Assembly: GCA_013154335.1 (NCBI GenBank)
Contig: JAADCQ010000002.1
Coordinates: 1-22,650, forward strand
Direction of reading: 5' to 3'
Length of the DNA: 22,650 bases
Source of the DNA: Methanopyri archaeon
Lineage (GTDB): Archaea > JAADCQ01 > Methanopyri > Methanopyrales > Methanopyraceae
The notes under the pieces were generated by a model. The model searched no databases. It was not told where the DNA came from and was given only the letters and a program-made list of their open reading frames with translations. The position numbers and the translations under genes were made by a program. Of the stretch, positions 21,377-22,650 are shown piece by piece. Each line of letters starts with the position of its first letter. Position 1 is the stretch's first letter.

Positions 21377-22650
21377 CGCCCCCTCTTCAACCCCAACCAT
21401 CTGAGCACCTCCGGGAACGGATCGGGCGTAGGATGGACACCCACCATATCGCCGGACGGTTCCACGTAAGGCAAGTACTGCACGGCCACCGAGGCACAGG
21501 GCGCGGAAACGGATACCTTCCCTCCTTTGATCTCGAACCACCCCGTCCTTCCGGCCACCATCATCCAGAAGGACGGACCGCCCGCCGGCGTCGGACCGCA
21601 GGCGTCCGTGACCTCCACACCGTCCACGACGCAGTGATCCCTGGAGAGTCTCACCGCGCGAGGGACCGGGGGATCACCCCTCTCCACCTCCACGCCCAGA
21701 GCGTTCAGCGCGGCCACCACCCCCTCGTACCTCGCGACGGACGTCAGGTACGGCGGCCCGGTCACGTCCCCGGCCGCGTAGACACCCTCCATGGAGGTAC
21801 GCATTCTCCCGTCGACGACGACCGCTCCGTCCCCGTCCACCTCCAACCCGGACCTCTCGGCGATTTCGGACCTTGGTCTCAACCCCAGGGCCAAGAACAC
21901 CGAATCGAAGGGCCCCGCCGAACCCTCCGCCCCCTTCACCACGACACCATCCGTACCCTCCTCGAACGAAGACAAGTCCCCGAGCTTCTCCACGTCGACG
22001 CCGGCCTCCCTAAGGTCCTCCAAGGCTTTCGACCTCAACCCATCCGGAAAGTCAGGCAAGGGCCCCTCCACGGTCAGGAGGGTCGTGTCGACGCCCAGCC
22101 CGGCGAGGGCGTAAGCCGCCTCCAGCGCGAAGGGTTCATCGCCCACTACGGCGACGCTCGATGGCGGTTCCAAGTACACGATGTCCGTCACGGGATGAAC
22201 GTCGTCCAAATCCGCCCCTTCTACGTCCGGCACCACGGGCTCCGAGCCCGTACACAGTATCACGGCGTCGGACTCGAACTCGCCCCTGTCCGTGACTAGA
22301 ACGGGGCCTTCCTCGACTCTCTCCGCCGAGGCCTTCTTCAGTTCGACCCCCGCTGACTCTACCTCCTCCAGGAGCGCTTCACGTATCCTCTCTATCCCCT
22401 TCTTCACTCCCTCGAACACCTCATCCGGATCGACATCCGGATCCTTTACACCGGGGATCCTGCCAGCGGCGAGGACGATCCGAGCCGCCTCCACCAACGC
22501 GCCCAGCGGCGTGGAGGCGTTCGGTAGGCACTTCCCTCCCACGCCCTTCTCGCCCTTTTCGTCGATAAGCACCACGTCAGCTCCCTTCTCGGCCGCCGTC
22601 ACGGCGGCGTACCTTCCCGCGGGCCCCGCCCCCACGATCGTTAGCTTCAA
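21373..22650 (-). CDS. class I pyridine nucleotide-disulfide oxidoreductase-like flavoprotein (dihydrolipoamide dehydrogenase-like) with degenerate redox and NAD motifs
   Basis: FAD fingerprint LTIVGAGPAGRYAA, GGKC, late FAD motif VYAAGDV, and HPT in the C-terminal interface domain. The apparent TTG start is exactly at the window edge (22650), so the 5' end cannot be confirmed. Confidence 0.8.
   Translation of the reverse strand: MKLTIVGAGPAGRYAAVTAAEKGADVVLIDEKGEKGVGGKCLPNASTPLGALVEAARIVLAAGRIPGVKDPDVDPDEVFEGVKKGIERIREALLEEVESAGVELKKASAERVEEGPVLVTDRGEFESDAVILCTGSEPVVPDVEGADLDDVHPVTDIVYLEPPSSVAVVGDEPFALEAAYALAGLGVDTTLLTVEGPLPDFPDGLRSKALEDLREAGVDVEKLGDLSSFEEGTDGVVVKGAEGSAGPFDSVFLALGLRPRSEIAERSGLEVDGDGAVVVDGRMRTSMEGVYAAGDVTGPPYLTSVARYEGVVAALNALGVEVERGDPPVPRAVRLSRDHCVVDGVEVTDACGPTPAGGPSFWMMVAGRTGWFEIKGGKVSVSAPCASVAVQYLPYVEPSGDMVGVHPTPDPFPEVLRWLGLKRGR

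Noticed and set aside
21433-22299. 288-aa plus-strand ORF antisense to the flavoprotein gene
   Set aside because: The minus strand has FAD-binding fingerprints. The plus-strand product is Arg/His/Pro-rich with no motifs.
1-22650. CRISPR arrays, transposases, integrases, prophage or defence-island signatures, and in-frame TGA (selenocysteine) recoding
   Set aside because: I saw no spaced direct repeats, terminal inverted repeats or recombinase-like ORFs. No pair of same-frame ORFs is interrupted by a single TGA. The AT-rich islands are not flanked by visible direct repeats, so I do not call them mobile elements.

Overview
This is an almost gap-free, high-GC archaeal chromosome segment. The 60-nt lines I counted are about 60-67% GC, except for a few sharply AT-rich islands. 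The gene content includes TFB, the proteasome ATPase PAN, Gar1, a KEOPS Pcc1-like protein, 2-phosphoglycerate kinase, ArgJ, HisB and MetRS. Together with very acidic proteins, AGG/ATA-rich codon usage and many GTG/TTG starts, this points to a hyperthermophilic methanogen, most likely Methanopyrus (kandleri-like). The organism call is inference only. I call 29 CDS plus one possible edge fragment. I could not recognise any rRNA, tRNA, CRISPR array, transposase or integrase. Nearly all long antisense ORFs in the track are high-GC artefacts. The ORF track translates GTG and TTG starts as M, so many 5' ends are ambiguous; I give preferred and alternative starts. The items most worth a second look are: (1) two paralogous, basic, Lys-rich, membrane-anchored proteins built from tandem ~40-aa alpha/beta modules (6612-7511 and 18694-19311), each the last gene of a plus-strand operon and each in an AT-rich island; (2) local collapses of GC and GC3, including two inside the metG gene; (3) a ferredoxin/zinc-ribbon fusion in an AT-rich island just upstream of gar1-tfb; (4) Gar1 with a poly-Arg/Pro tail, coupled to tfb by an ATGA overlap; (5) a seven-gene overlapping minus-strand operon joining cupin, Pcc1-like, a beta-helix protein, an unknown protein, CitG-like, another unknown protein and PAN; (6) extreme compaction, with 4-nt start/stop overlaps, convergent genes sharing overlapping stop codons, and divergent start codons only 24-46 nt apart. 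I found no compelling defence or mobile system. The module-protein family is my best candidate for something undescribed.
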